From Vairimorpha necatrix (taxonomy: Eukaryota), in contig CP142727.1 of assembly GCA_036630325.1 (NCBI GenBank), forward strand, positions 620,001 to 684,000: a stretch of DNA of 64,000 nt, given 5' to 3'. A program made the translations under genes and the position numbers. The first letter of the stretch is position 1. The number at the start of each line of letters is the position of its first letter. A model generated the notes under the pieces. It had not been told where the DNA came from, did no database searches, and saw only the letters and a program-made list of their open reading frames with translations. Below are positions 36,671 through 49,897 of this stretch, piece after piece.

Positions 36671-37284
36671 CTGCTCCTTTGCATTCATATAAATGATCTT
36701 GAAAATAAGAGGTTGAACACTTTGAAAATGCTGTTTGAGTATTTTACATCATACAATATTACTGAGCAGAATCGTTTGTATCATAAGTATTTGTAGTTGT
36801 TCCAGAATGTTTTTTTAAAAAAAGTAAAATTTAAGAAAAAATTAGGAAATGCAGGATTTCCGAACAAGTAGAGAATCGAAGAATTAAAACAAAAAGATTT
36901 AAATTTTTAATCTAATTTATAAAGCAGAAACAACATACAGACTAAAATATTATTTCAGTAAATAGTGATAAAAAAAATTACAAACGAAAAATGCCGAAGA
37001 GGTGACATTTTTGTTTTTTATGGCGGTAAAAGAGGTGATATAGATTGCCAAATAAAAACGTAAAAAGCTTCGAAAATGTAAGAATTTTTTTTCTACATAA
37101 TTCGATACGACCGAAGATAATAAAGGGAATCAGATAACGATATAGAAAACTTAGCACGAACAAAAACTATAAAGTTTTTGCTTGATGTTGGACGGGACAA
37201 ATCTTCTGTACTGTAGCGCAACAAATAAGTCTTCTGTAGGAGAAAAATATCTTGAACCATATTTTGACAAAAAGTAATAGCTAT

Positions 37285-38027
37285 TGTTGAGAATATAGAT
37301 TTAATAAATTTAACCCTTAACTTACAATTGTCTTTAATATGGCGGAGAATAAAATTATTTAACCCAAGCAAAAACAAAAGAAGAGGTCGTAAGTTCCGCC
37401 GAGGCATGAGACGTAAAAAAATGCAGTCTAGGTTAGAATGGGGATGGTTGTTTGTCTAACAGAAGAGAAGGTGTGGCTTGCATCAGTCGAGGGACCCGGA
37501 TAGGTGAAGACGTAAAGTAGCTATGAAGAGCTATGGAGAAACAGTATTGACTGTAATAAGATCTGGCATAAGAGTTGTCGAGATTGAGTGTAGTGGTAAA
37601 CCCACTATTCACATTTAAGCTATCGTGGCAAGATATTTGAACCAATAGTGTTCAAAAATCCAGAGAGATTTAAAAAGAGAAGAAAATTAAAAAGAAACTG
37701 TGTTTTAGTCGAAGAATAAGATAGATGGAAACATTCGATTTCATTGATGGGAAGACATGTGTAAAGAATAATCACATGCCCATAGACTTTATGTATTAAA
37801 ACAGGGAAAGAAAGTACCCCGAAGACCAGTCTTAAATGGATTGTAAAACGCGGTAGAGTAAAGCGCAGCCCATGGCCAGTTAACATAAAAATGCACTTTT
37901 ATTTTGAGAGCCAAGTAGTAGGCGTAAGAAGTAGTAGATAATTTCATCGCCCAACTCTAAATTTAGCGCGGGGATGTTGAGAAACAGATTTAATAAATTT
38001 GACCTTAACTTTCATTTGTCTTTAACA
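37285..38027 (+). mobile_element. TRIM-like non-autonomous LTR element, ~55-bp LTRs (37285-37339, 37975-38027)
   Basis: TGTTGAG... LTRs, TSD GCTAT, PBS TGGCGGAGAATAA, G-rich tract before the 3' LTR, no retroelement ORF. Confidence 0.85.
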
Positions 38028-38299
38028 GCTATAATTAAATTATCGAAAAGTTATTATTTAAAAAAGAATCATAATTAATGTGTGTGTGATATTATAAGAA
38101 TGGTTAAAATCCTTTTAAGCCTAGCATAGAAGTCATTTGATTTAATGGTAAAGTGCATAAAATAGCTCATATGTGGTTTGCATTACTCTTTATAATTACA
38201 TAAAGACCAATGAAATGTTTTAAGTACAGAAGTCTGAATATTAGAATGACGTATTTTCATACTAAAAATCTAAAAATGTTATAGAATCCTCGGAGCTAT

Positions 38300-39257
38300 G
38301 GCAGTCTGGTGGCCAAAAATCCCTTAAAAGGAATTTTTAAAAAAAATCACCCCCAAAAATGAAAAGTCAAGAGGAAAAACTTTTTGAAATTTTTTTTAAA
38401 AAATATTTAAAAAACAAGCAAATCATGTAAAAAATGTGGTTCTATAAGTAAAAAATATAATGAAAATTTTATTTTTCGATGTACTTGGTCTAAATGTAGA
38501 AGTAAATGGTCTTTATTAAAAAACACTCCATTCTACAATAACAAGCTTGGAATTAATACTATGCTATTAAATATTAAATTATGGTCTGTTAATGTAAAGT
38601 ATAAAGCTATTGCGGAATTTTTTGGAATTAGCATTAAAAGTGTAAGAAAAATCATTTCTTTAACACTAAATTCCATCGAAAATTCTGTTTACGTTGAAAC
38701 AGGTATAATAGGAGGACCCGGGATTGTTGTGGAAATAGATGAAAGTAAGTTTGGTAAATTAAAATACCATAGAGGCCATGGGTAGAAGGAGTTTGGATTT
38801 TCGGAATGGTAGAAAGAACACCTCAAAGGAAAATTGTGTTTGTTCCTGTTGATAATAGAAGAGCAACTACACTAGAAGAACTTTTAATTAAATATGTTCA
38901 CCCAGAATCTATCATACATAGTGATTGCTTCTCTTCATATTCTAGGTTGTTTTTCAACAACATAAGACGGTTAATCATTCAAAAGAATTTGTTAATAAAA
39001 ATAATTCATGCCATATTAATACTATCGAAGGTAATTGGAGCGCTGTTAAAAGTGAAACTTCCATAAAACATAGAACAAAAAAATTAATAAAGAGTTCTTT
39101 GTTAAGATTTATGCTTAGAAGAAATTTTGAAGGGGATTTGTTTGATAAAATTATTAAAATGATTTTTAAGTTTTTATTTTTTTCCTCTTGACTTTTCATT
39201 TTTGGGGGGGATTTTTTTAAAAATTCCTTTTAGGGGATTTTTGGTCACCAGACTGCC
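38300..39257 (+). mobile_element. Merlin DNA transposon, transposase disrupted
   Basis: ~78-bp TIRs GGCAGTCTGGTG...GAGGAAAAA; IGGPGIVVEIDESKFGK, GMVER, IHSDC and NTIEGNW motifs; no TSD seen. Confidence 0.88.
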
Positions 39258-40209
39258 CTTTAACCAGAATCTTCAAGTATTAAGGGGAGGAGAATAACAT
39301 TTGAGGTTAAATTTTTAAACTGCAGGTGCTTAACCTTAAATGACGTTAAGTAGTTACTTTAAAAAGGAAAGTTTAGGTCTCTTTTGGGCGAATAAAAATT
39401 AAGCATTATAATATTTATCACTAAAAGAAGAAAAATACCAACAAAATAATTAAAAACCATAGTAATTGAGAGTTTCCACAAAGGGCGTTAACATAATCGC
39501 AATTAAAAAGAGATGTTTATTTTATTTTTTAGTATATAAAGATGAATTCAAAAAAAAAACAATGATATTGAAGAGAACAAAAAATCTATTTACAAATAAT
39601 ATGAATGTTAAAATTTTTTTAAATTCTCAAAGAAAGCAAACAAAAATTTCACTTAAGTTATTTGTTTTTGATAATTTTCATTTCAAATTGTTAATGTTTT
39701 CGAAATTTCAAATTTGGATCTAGTCCCTATAAATTCTAATAAGCCATAACTAAACAAAAGACGCAATTCAACAAATGTAAAAATTGATAAAATGTTTTTT
39801 TAAATGTGGAATGAGGCCATAATAATTCCAAAATTCTGCTAAAATGAAATTTGAATTAAAAAATAGTTTGGATATACAAAACTACGAAAAAGAGGGACAA
39901 AAAATTAAATACAAACTCATTATAATAAGGGAGTATTAAAATAGTAACAAGAGTCGAAATAATCTTGGAAGTCAGATAGCTTTACTTGAAAAAACTAAAG
40001 AAAAAATTCTTATTCTTTTTATATAATAATTCAAAACTTTTAAAGTTAAAAATGCGGAAAAAATTATAACTCATAAAATCTTTTATGTACAAAGTAATAG
40101 TAAGTCGTTAAATCGTTTGTTTTGTATTATTTGTTTAACCAAGAAATTGGGGGATATTAGTAATAGTTTTGAATTATATGGTACACATCGAAAAACTATC
40201 TTACTTTAA

Positions 40210-40965
40210 TTTTTTTTCTTTGCAAATGAAAAGTTTGTAAAAACTTGCATAAGGACTACAAGGGTAGGGCGAGATCTTATTCAGCTGGTTCTGCGTAATC
40301 TTTACTTACTGTAACTCTCTCCATAAAAGTTGTTGGTGTCGCAATCGCCGCCGTATTTATGGATTTCGACTCCGAGATTTTTCGTATCACACCTTAACTC
40401 TGTGTCTAGAGGAATTCATGGCGGGTATACTATTGGACATAATTTAATAGCTCGATTAAAGACATCGTCATAATAATTCAAAGGACCACAATCGTTTGTC
40501 TTACTTTGCGCTACTATGCCCACCCATCCCAGCGCAACATTAAATTGATTGCGTTGACCACCAGTCTCCCGAAATGATTCGTCTACCGTGTTACAGTATT
40601 TTGTAGAATGGAGTCCCCGATACACTCTTTTGCTTTATTTCGTCTAGTTCTCATGGTTTTTTTCTTAGAAATCAATAAAAGTGCACCAGCCATGGCTCCA
40701 ACTAGACATATCTATCAAATACTTCTATGTATTTTTTTCTCGCCACGGAAGGACTGTTTTTTTGTGCTTAAGGTTCTTTTCAACATTAGATGCTACACGC
40801 CTATGGTTGACCGCACACAATTTTCATTAATCTAACTGATTAATCATCAGGGACATTTTCATAATCCAAATGTACAACTGCATCATAGAAGTAGAGACAA
40901 TTTTGGTGACTCTGTTGCTAAGCCATTCCCAATCGTAAACTCGGTCTCGGCCTCTGGGCATGGGA
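40210..40965 (-). mobile_element. Highly diverged copy of the tRNA-derived SINE
   Basis: Colinear blocks with 60860-61640 (CTATGATGCAGTTG, CTAGTTGGAGCCATGG, GGAGACTGGTGGTCAACGC, ACCAGCTG). Confidence 0.7.
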
Positions 40966-41259
40966 ATTTTTAGGTTGTACATGTACCGTTTTTTGTTTAA
41001 AATACTGCTTGCTATTTTTATATAATATTTATAAACGTATTAGCTCTCTTATCTTTAACATAAAACTAATATTTCTTTGAAATTTTTTGTGCATCTTTTT
41101 ATGTAAAACCAGTGGTTGTTTAACTTTCTAATCATTTTTTTGAATGTATAAAATTTAATATTTTTGGGCCTGCCAAGTAAATAAATTAAATTAAAGTATG
41201 CTTTTATAGTTTATACTACTAGTTTGACAAAGATAAGTTCCGCGTTAGCGTCTCCTAAT

Positions 41260-41610
41260 TGTAAATAGCTCCCGGCTCCATAGTCCTTTTAACTTCGGCG
41301 TTATCTCCTCTCCTTCGGTATTCCAAAGATATGCTTTCTAGCGTCTTCTTTGGCATGATCATTGGATGTACGCTTCTACCTTCTTAAAGATTTCAAGTCT
41401 TGTGATATTAGGTTTGTAAAACTTAGTCACTATACCGCCCAAATGATTACGTAGAAGATATTTTATGTTTTAAAACCATATTTAAGCCCAGTTTGGTTGC
41501 AAGAACATCATGCTTTCTTAACTTTTCATTATTTACTTGCTGTAGATTCTCTTGTTATGAGACACCCATTTCGATTATTATGAACAATTTGTTCTTTTTA
41601 TCTAATACGA
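41260..41610 (-). pseudogene. RLE non-LTR retrotransposon 3' remnant
   Basis: IVLDKR...IIIEMGVS...EKLRKHDVLA...KKTLESISLEYRRR remnants. Confidence 0.7.
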
Positions 41611-41640
41611 TGGCCTGCCAAGAAATAAAATTTGTTTTAT

Positions 41641-42270
41641 TTTTTTCTTTTTCTTGCAAGTAAGAGGTAGGGAGAAACCTTACATAGGGACCAGGGGGGT
41701 TTGGGTGTGATCCTCATCGAACTGGTACTGTGAGATTCTTACTCACTAAAACTTCCTCCATACAATTTGCCGGTGCAGCAAGCTTCGCAGTATCCGGACT
41801 TTGGCTCCAGGAGATCATTTTTGATTTATACCTCAAACCGCGCCCAGAGTGACCTCACAGCGGATATACTTAACGAGCATGGTTATCTATAACCCGAGAA
41901 GAGACATCGTCGCACTGACTCAAAGCTCCCTACAATCATCTGTATTGCGCACACGGCTCTTACACGACCACATCACTAGCCCGGCGTTTTTGTTTGGCCG
42001 CGTTGACCACCAGTCTCCCACTAGTTTCGGCCACCGTTTTACAGAATCTTGTAGGATAGGGCCCACGAGACCTTCTATTGCCCTACTTCGTCTAGTCTCT
42101 TAGTTAGCTCTTGGATCCCACTCTAGAGTGCACCAGCCATGGGCTTCAACTAGGCCGTACCCATTAGATACTTTTATGTATCACTAAGTCAACGAAGGGT
42201 TATACTGCTTTTTGGCTTTGAGGTGCGTTTCTATATTAGATGCTAGCCCTTGTGGCTAGAGCACACAAGT
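41641..42270 (-). mobile_element. SINE copy, 5'-truncated at a Merlin terminus
   Basis: Highly similar to ~61020-61640, including the tail TGTAAGGTTTCTCCCTACCTCTTACTTGCAAG and A-rich end. Confidence 0.88.
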
Positions 42271-42273
42271 TTG

Positions 42274-43502
42274 GGTGTAGGATACATTGAACCCCCCTTG
42301 AAGCGCTTCGATTTTTTTTCGAACCTCAAAATTGAAGTGCAAAAAAAAAGAGGAGCAAGCAAGGGACAAAAATTTCTTTCCACTGTAAACATTAAAAATA
42401 CAAAATAATAAGGCAAAATGGCTTAAAATTAAATTTCAAATCAAGATATATAAAAAACACTTTTTATATATTTCTGGAGGGTTTGTAAGGATTATTTCTT
42501 TTAAAAGTAAACAAATTAAGAAATCAATTTACATCTTTTCCAGTCCGATATCATGCAGGAATCACTCTTTTACACCAGCCCATGTTCCTTCAATTGTGTT
42601 AGTATAAAACATTCTATGGATTCATAAACCAAGGGAATGGTTAAAGGTATGGTTTTTGTATATGCCTAAGTGATTTGAATTTATACACCCTCTCCAACAT
42701 TCAGTATATGTAATACTTCCGGGATGTACATGTTCTTTTATGAATCTTTCGAGAGTCACGGCTTTTCTATTTTTAACTTTAAGTAAGACTAAGCCTCGTT
42801 CTGTCGTTCTTTCCACCATCCCAAGTACCCATACGCCGTCAACTTTGTGGCCTCTGTTGTATTTTCTCTTTCCGAATTTAAATTCATCAATCTCTACAAT
42901 ATTACCTGGACCTCTTATTTTTTATTACCATTTATATGCTTACTAAAGTTTTTGATAATTCTATAAATTGTTTTCGATTAAAACTATTAATTTTTTAATT
43001 GTTTTTATGGCCGTATTTTAACAAAAAGAAATATGACCTGGCATTTTATCAGCCATGGCAATTTAGATCCATAGAAGGATTCTTTTTTGTTATCGTAAAT
43101 TCTTTTCTGCAACTTTTTGTGGTACATCTCATTAGATTTTGTATTTCTATACGTCTGTGTACATTCCCACTACAATGTGAACAAAACCTTAAATTTAAAG
43201 TAGATTTCAATATTTTCTCAACGTCCTTGTAGAATTCTGTGATTTTTAAGAGGAAAACAAGAAAATTATTATAAAATAAATGAATTTGAATGTAGGTAAA
43301 AATTTTAAGTAGGCACTTTTTATTTTTAGAGCTTGGTTAAAAATTTAATTTTAAGCCGTTTTATATTATTATTTTGTATTTTTAATGTTTAAAATGGAAC
43401 AAAATTTTTGTCCCTTTCTTGCTCCTTTTTTTTGCACTTCAATTTTGGGGTTCGAAAAAAAATCGAAGCGCTTCAAAAGATGGGGGTCTAATGTACCCCA
43501 CC
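42274..43502 (-). mobile_element. Merlin DNA transposon with ~165-bp imperfect TIRs, degenerate
   Basis: Long inverted repeats (CTTGAAGCGCTTCGATTTT...); IVEIDE.KFGKRKYNRG, GMVER and NTIEGTW remnants; no TSD seen. Confidence 0.82.
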
Positions 43503-43945
43503 TTCTAAAAATTATGTTAGAATGCATCGTCGACAGGAAGATTCCCGGATAACACGAAAACTTAAAGAACTACATGCTTTATAATGACCATTTATATTAA
43601 TTCCTATCCTATTTATTTAATTTTGACGAACAGGACGATGTTGATTCTTAATTAATGGCTTAAAAAAAATTAGAAGAAAAATAGTGTCATGGCGGGCCGA
43701 ATTTTCTTGTATCTTTTCTTTTATCGAGGTGCCACTACATTCTAAATTGAAAACAAATGTATTTCTTGTATATATCATCATTTCCTACTATTTGTTTTAA
43801 ATTTTGGAGCTGGGATCCGAAAGACCGTCTCTGGGGTGCTTACTTTATTTTTTCGAACCCCCAAATCGAAGTTCAAAAAATGAGGAGCAAAACATAGACA
43901 AAAATTACTAAGCACTTATGATCTTACAAGAAGAAATAAATATAT

Positions 43946-46900
43946 TGTATTTATTTTCCATAATGGGGTTCAAAAATATAAGAATATATAACATCCCCCT
44001 CCAAGACGGTTAGTCTCCTACGTCATCATCAACCCTAAGCAGATCTTTTAAGTCATAGTGCCTCTTCTTAACTATCGTCCATTCACTAATTTTACTACAT
44101 AAGAATCCCCTGGACACACAATCCTAATCGTCCCAATATCCAAAAACCTACCTTTTTCATATTTATTAGACCCCTTTAAATTTTCACTCTTCGCAACTCG
44201 CACTCTCTGTCCTTCGACGAACTTGTCACTATATCTCTTTTTAAATCGACTACTATAATCTCCTTCTGGTCCATTTCTTAGCATTACATTGCCCGTATTA
44301 TCTTTAACTGCCTCAAATGGTGTGCATCCTAGACCTTCATGGTAACTATTATTATAAATCTCAAAGGCCTTCATAACTCTTTCTTCAAAGCTATTTTTGG
44401 GATTCATTTTTAAAACAGATTCTCTCAACGTACCAATAACTCTTGCAACTCTCCCATTGCTTTTATGTGATTCAATACTGGTCTTTCTGTGAGTTATATC
44501 CAACTTTCTGCATAACTCTCTAAATTCCTCATTTGCAAATTCTCTTCCATTGTCCGATATGATTTCTTCTGGTCTTTTACCATTTCTACACAAATTTCTA
44601 TAAATCCAGTTATCGAGCTAGCACGCTTATCTTTCAACACGCAACCCCATGCGACTCTCGTATAGTAATCAATGACGACCAAGACAAATTTACCCAAATC
44701 TCTATAATCGATTAAATCTATTGCCACCTTTTCTAGGTATCTACTTGTCGCAATAAAATCGCATCCTCCTGATTTTTTCCTATTGTATTTTTGGCATTTT
44801 TCACATTTTTTATCATCATTTTTATATCTTCCTTAATTCCTGGCCAATAATAGTCAAACTTCATAGCATAATAGACACTTCCTAGTCCTCTGTGGGCCTG
44901 TTCTTCGTGGTACCTCTTCATTAACTCTAACCTATCACCTACTGCAGGTATTTCCGCTCTACGACCAGAATTGAAAATTCCAGTGCTCCTTGTCCCCGAC
45001 TTTCTCAACGTGCTTTTACCATTTTCCCCGCTATCTGTTTCACTGTTCTATGTCCAATTTATCTCTCTTAGGTTCATTTTCCTCATGGATTCTGCTCAAT
45101 GCATCAGAAACAACCATCTGATCGGGTTGCCTGTACTCGATTTCAAAATCAAACTCTTGGATCATCTCTATCCACCTGTTAATCCTATTATTATTAAAAC
45201 ATGGCTTTCTTCTTATTTCTGCTAAAGCCTTATGATCAGTTTCAACCTTAAACTTTCTTCCTCTCAATTCATACTCAAACTTCTTTATGCCAATATACGG
45301 CATACATCTCTTTTCGCTAATTCCGTATCTAGTTTCAGTCGGAGTAAATTTCTTTGATGCCCATTGTACCGGCACCCATTCCTCTTTTTCATTTTTCTGC
45401 ATAAGTACAGCTCCCATACCAATATTACTCGCATCCATTCTTAATAAAAATTCGTTCTCGTAGTTAACAATCCTCAATTTCCCTAAATTCTTAAGCACTT
45501 TTTTCATATTCTCAAATTCAATATCCAACTCCTCAGTCGAATTCCAACTTTTGTTTTTCACTCTGGCTAAAGTTCACTTAGACACGCAAAAATCGATATA
45601 GGCTTTTTTTGTTTTTTTTTGCCCCTTTTTTTCAAAAATGGAGGAGAGAAAATGTTAAGGAAGGAACAAAAAAAACAAGTAGAATAAAAATTTTAATAAT
45701 TCATCAAAGACGGAACCCGATGAATTTCAAAGGAGCATATACCTAAACAAATAAATTTTTGCGCTATTTTGAGACCTATTTCTATTGGGTATGGAATTTT
45801 TGAGGGAACGCCAATTACCTTCTATAGTATTCGTATGAACTCCCGTATTTGGGTCCCTGAAATGCAATGAGTGATTAACCATGTGGTGTTCATTGAATAT
45901 TGTATTCAAAGAATGGTAAGCCCTCCGCATATCGCTATATATAGTACTTTTCGTACTTACATATTTCACTAAAAGATTAGTAAGCGTTTCTTTATTTCGT
46001 TTTTTAATATATAGTATTATGATTTTTCGTTCGATGGTACGTTCGACCATGCCAAAACACCAGAAGCCCTTCACTAATTATCTCTATGGTTTTTATTCTT
46101 TCCAACTTTTGTCTCATCAATTTCAACTATTATACCTTCTCCGCCCATAATACTTAGAGAAGATAAATACTTGTCGTTAATATTCATTTCTTTTAATTTT
46201 TTTAATAATAATGTCATGTGTTTTTTTGGACAACCTAAAATTTGAGAGATATGCTTTCGAGAATAATCAAGAACCCACATATTAAGTATCTGCATACATA
46301 ATATATGGTTGAGTTTACAATTATCGAAGAACGTATCATGCCAGATGGAAATCGATTTTTTACAACCTTTCCAAGTACATTTTAAGTTATAACTGCCTTT
46401 TCTTTCTTTCCTCATTCTATTAAAACATATAACACAAGATTGATCTTGTAATTTGATTATTAAATTATTATATTTGATTTCAATTTCTTCTCTTGTATGA
46501 ATTCTCTCCTCCATTTTTGAAAAAAAGGGGCAAAAAAAAACAAAAAAAGCCTATATCGATTTATGCGTGTCTAAGTAAACTTTAGCCTTCACTCTTAAGC
46601 AATCTGTCATGTGTTTCGTTTCCTCTACGAGTTCTTTATAAATCCTCTGAACCAACCACTTAATCCTAAAAATCTTCTTACGTCGGTTACATTTTGCGGC
46701 TTCGAAAATTCTAATGCTTCATTCTTTTTTATCTCGGATGGCATCATATCCTGCCCATTCAATGTTACTCCTAATAATATTCAGATTGACGATACTGTAT
46801 CTTCTTTGAGTTTAATCTCATGTTATTCTCTTCTAACAGTCTCATTGCCTCTAAAAACAATTTGTCGTGTTCTGCTCTAGTCTTGGCATGTATCACAATA

Positions 46901-48113
46901 TCATCCATTCAAATTTCTATTTCTCTTCTCAAATACTTCTCATAAATCTTATTCATAATCCTTTGCATGATCTGTGGCGAATTTTTAAACCCCATGACCA
47001 TGCTGTTCCACTCGTATACTTTCTTATCAAACTCAAACGCGGTCTTATGCTTATCCGCTTCTTCTATCTCAACCCCATAAAAGGCTTCTTTAAGGTCAAT
47101 AACACTCATAATCTTCGAGCCTTGGTAAACCTAATAATATCCCTGATGTTACACAACTCGTATGGATCCTTCTCTACTAAATCGTTCAGGTCCATAAGAT
47201 TACTGACCAAACGTATGCTCCCATCCGGCTTAACTATAGCCTTTATCTGATTCTGCCATTCAGAGGTTGATCTTTTAATTACATTTCTTTTCTCCAAATC
47301 CTCTAAGTGCTTCATTAATTTGTTTTTATGCGCTTGAGGAATCATCTGTCCCTTCCTAACGACTTTTTTCCCTGCTTCTGTCTTGATTTTACATTACTTA
47401 ATTTCCCCCTTATTTTCATCAATAACGTTTTTAAATTTTTTCTTAACATCTTCTAAAGTCAGCCCCTTGAATGTTGTCGTTTTTTAATTTCTCTTCTTAA
47501 TGTCTTTAACTTCTCCAGCTCGTTTCCATTGTGAACCTGGCCTAACTTCTGTCTGTTCTTTTGTCTTTTACCAGCCCACGTATTCCTGTAATATTTCCGT
47601 CGCTGCTGCTACTGTCCTCTTGAAATATTTTCTCACATTATTGTTTATTTCTCTCCTCTCTGTATCTATTATAACATATTTACTTTTATATCCTAACCTT
47701 TCACAATAAAAACATCTCATTGTCCTCAAATACCGTTTCCTACGCTCTATATCCTCTGTATATATTTCTTTTGACAAATTCAGAGTGACCCCTTCAATCA
47801 TTCTAAATCTCTCTTCTCCATCTTCATAATCCTTTACAATCTCTTTTAGCCGTATTCCTATCATGTCATGGTAATCCTCTAAACCTATATTCATAACCAT
47901 AAAATTTTTAAGCTCCAAACTTCCCCTTTCAAAAATAATTTTCTTCATCGCTTCTACACTGTATAACTTTGATCTCATGCATAATAATCTTATATTCTTG
48001 CAATAGTTTTCTGGCCTCTTGACCACAGCCAACACTTGTTAACTCACGATTTGTTATCGCCCCCATGTATTTATTTTCCATAATGGGGTACAAAAATATA
48101 AGAATATATAACA
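43946..48113 (-). mobile_element. Degenerate Ty3/Gypsy element with 48-bp LTRs (48066-48113, 43946-43993), interrupted by a Merlin
   Basis: LTRs differ at one position; PBS TGGGGGC; PPT GGAGGGGGA; RT (IDLKEAFY, MGFKNSP), RNase H (DASNIG) and integrase (SDNGREF) fragments; flanks TATAT/TTTAA are not a clean TSD. Confidence 0.9.
45565..46587 (-). mobile_element. Merlin DNA transposon (1023 bp) nested in the Gypsy pol
   Basis: ~85-bp TIRs GGCTAAAGTT...; 8-bp TSD TTCACTCT; transposase 46514-45727 with one frameshift near 46077 (EIDETK, YSD, HTNTIEGNW). Confidence 0.95.
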
Positions 48114-48156
48114 TTTAATACTTAATATTATGTAATAATAATGATCGAGTTGTAAG

Positions 48157-48883
48157 TGTTGAGAATATATGAAAAAAATTTAACCTTATTAACAATTCTC
48201 TCTAACATCGTGGAGAATAACAAAATCAAACCCAAACAAAAAACAAAATAAGAGCTTGTAAGTTTTAGCGATGCATAAGACTAAAAAATGCAGTATAGGT
48301 TAGAATGGGGATTGTTAGATGTCTACAGAAGCAAGTTGAAGATTCGCATCAGCGGGGACACGGATTTCGAGACGTAGAGGAGCTATGAAGAGCAATAAAT
48401 AAATAAACAACATTGACTGTTTAAATTTAGATCAAAGGATGCTTAGATTGAGTGCAGGTGTGAGCACCACTATTTACATTTGAATCTATTGTGGCAAGGT
48501 AGCCGACTACCTAGTGTATTAAATTCCAGAGAGATTGTAAAATCGAAGAAAATTGTATTTTAGTTGAAGGATTTATTCGACGAATTAATCCAGTTTTATT
48601 GTTAAGAAGACGAATCTAAAGAAAAATCTTATTTTTAGACTTACTGTATTATAACAGGGAAGAAAGTGCCGTAAATGCTAATACAAGGAGCGTTGGTAAG
48701 ATGCAAAGAGTGGAACGCACCACTGGCCAGTTGACCTGCGACTTCACTTTTATTTTACAAGCCTAGTTGTGGTCGTACAAGGTTGTAAAGTTTATTAAAT
48801 CGCTCAGTTCCAAATTTAGACCAAAGATGTTGAGCATATATTTTTAATAAAAATTTACCCTTATTTTATAATTATCTCTAACA
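48157..48883 (+). mobile_element. TRIM-like non-autonomous LTR element (relative of 37285-38027)
   Basis: LTRs 48157-48207 and 48828-48883 (TGTTGAG...CTAACA), TSD GTAAG, degenerate PBS TCGTGGAGAATAA, homologous interior. Confidence 0.85.
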
Positions 48884-48971
48884 GTAAGAAAGAGTGATCT
48901 GGCAGAAAAACAGACTTGGGATTTGACCCTTCCCCTTTTAGTATGCTTACTAAAGTATTTACACACTATAT

Positions 48972-49258
48972 TGTGATATTAATTGCCACCTTTTTGATTT
49001 ATTTTTATTTTCCCTCCAAGTGAATTTTCTAGAAAAATATTTTCGATTTTATTTTACCCACATAAAAGGATGAAATATCAAAAGAACAACATAAAGAACT
49101 ACGGGAGGTCTTAAAGAGACTTACCCCTCACAAGAGGACGGAGTATCTCCCACACGGGATACTAATAAAATTTACGTAATTAAAACTAATTTGAATGCAG
49201 AAAGAAGCATTTTGGATGCTATTTACAGCAAGACCATCTCTTCGGTTGTAAGACCACA
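48972..49258 (+). mobile_element. Diverged solo LTR of the 311-bp LTR family
   Basis: TGTGA...ACCACA termini, shared core TTTTCCCTCCAAGTGAATTTTCTAGAAAA, TSD TATAT. Confidence 0.8.
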
Positions 49259-49405
49259 TATATAATTATATAATTCTAATCTATTCTTTTATTTATATTT
49301 TCTTTATCGAGTAACTTGAAGGAGTTTTGATAATTAGAGATGATATAGTTAATAAAGAAAACGGAACAACTTACCTCAATACAAAAATAATCACAAAAGT
49401 AAATT

Positions 49406-49759
49406 CTACGAAAAATTTATTTTTTTTTCAGAATTCAATACATTTGCCCACTTATATAAATACAACAAATATTTGCGATCTACATCGTCGCAGTTTTTAT
49501 TTTTTCTAGCTTCTGGTGTCATGTTTCTTCTTTTCTTTTGAAACCACCATTTAATTGAATTTATATTCAAATCGAGAAGCACGCTCAAGTCTTCTACTAA
49601 ATTCAATGATGGCCATTGAACTCTTTCATAGGTGTGAAAGAGCACATACTCTTTAACCTGCGTATAGCTTCTTGGTTTGTATCTTTTGTTTTCTTTTTTT
49701 AGTTTTATCAATCCAAATAGAGCCTCCGCCAAAGTATTATCGTCTAAGAAGTTGTTCAT
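49406..49759 (-). CDS. Divergent homeodomain protein
   Basis: YVLFHTYERVQWPS...LDLNINSIKWWFQKKRR; paralogous to 26127-26507. Confidence 0.8.
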   Translation of the reverse strand: MNNFLDDNTLAEALFGLIKLKKENKRYKPRSYTQVKEYVLFHTYERVQWPSLNLVEDLSVLLDLNINSIKWWFQKKRRNMTPEARKNKNCDDVDRKYLLYLYKWANVLNSEKKINFS

Positions 49760-49897
49760 ACCCCGTGGAGAAATAAATAATTAAGTACTTAAATATTAAT
49801 ATAAAATTATATTTAATATATTATGTTACTAATTAAGACTGTTTTTTCGAAAAAAGCAGGGAAGCTAATTAATGCAACTTTAACAATAATAATATAT

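Noticed and set aside
41849-42103. Similar ORFs here and at 61231-61584 as a conserved small protein
   Set aside because: Antisense to the SINE body; the similarity reflects repeat identity and the frame is broken in other copies
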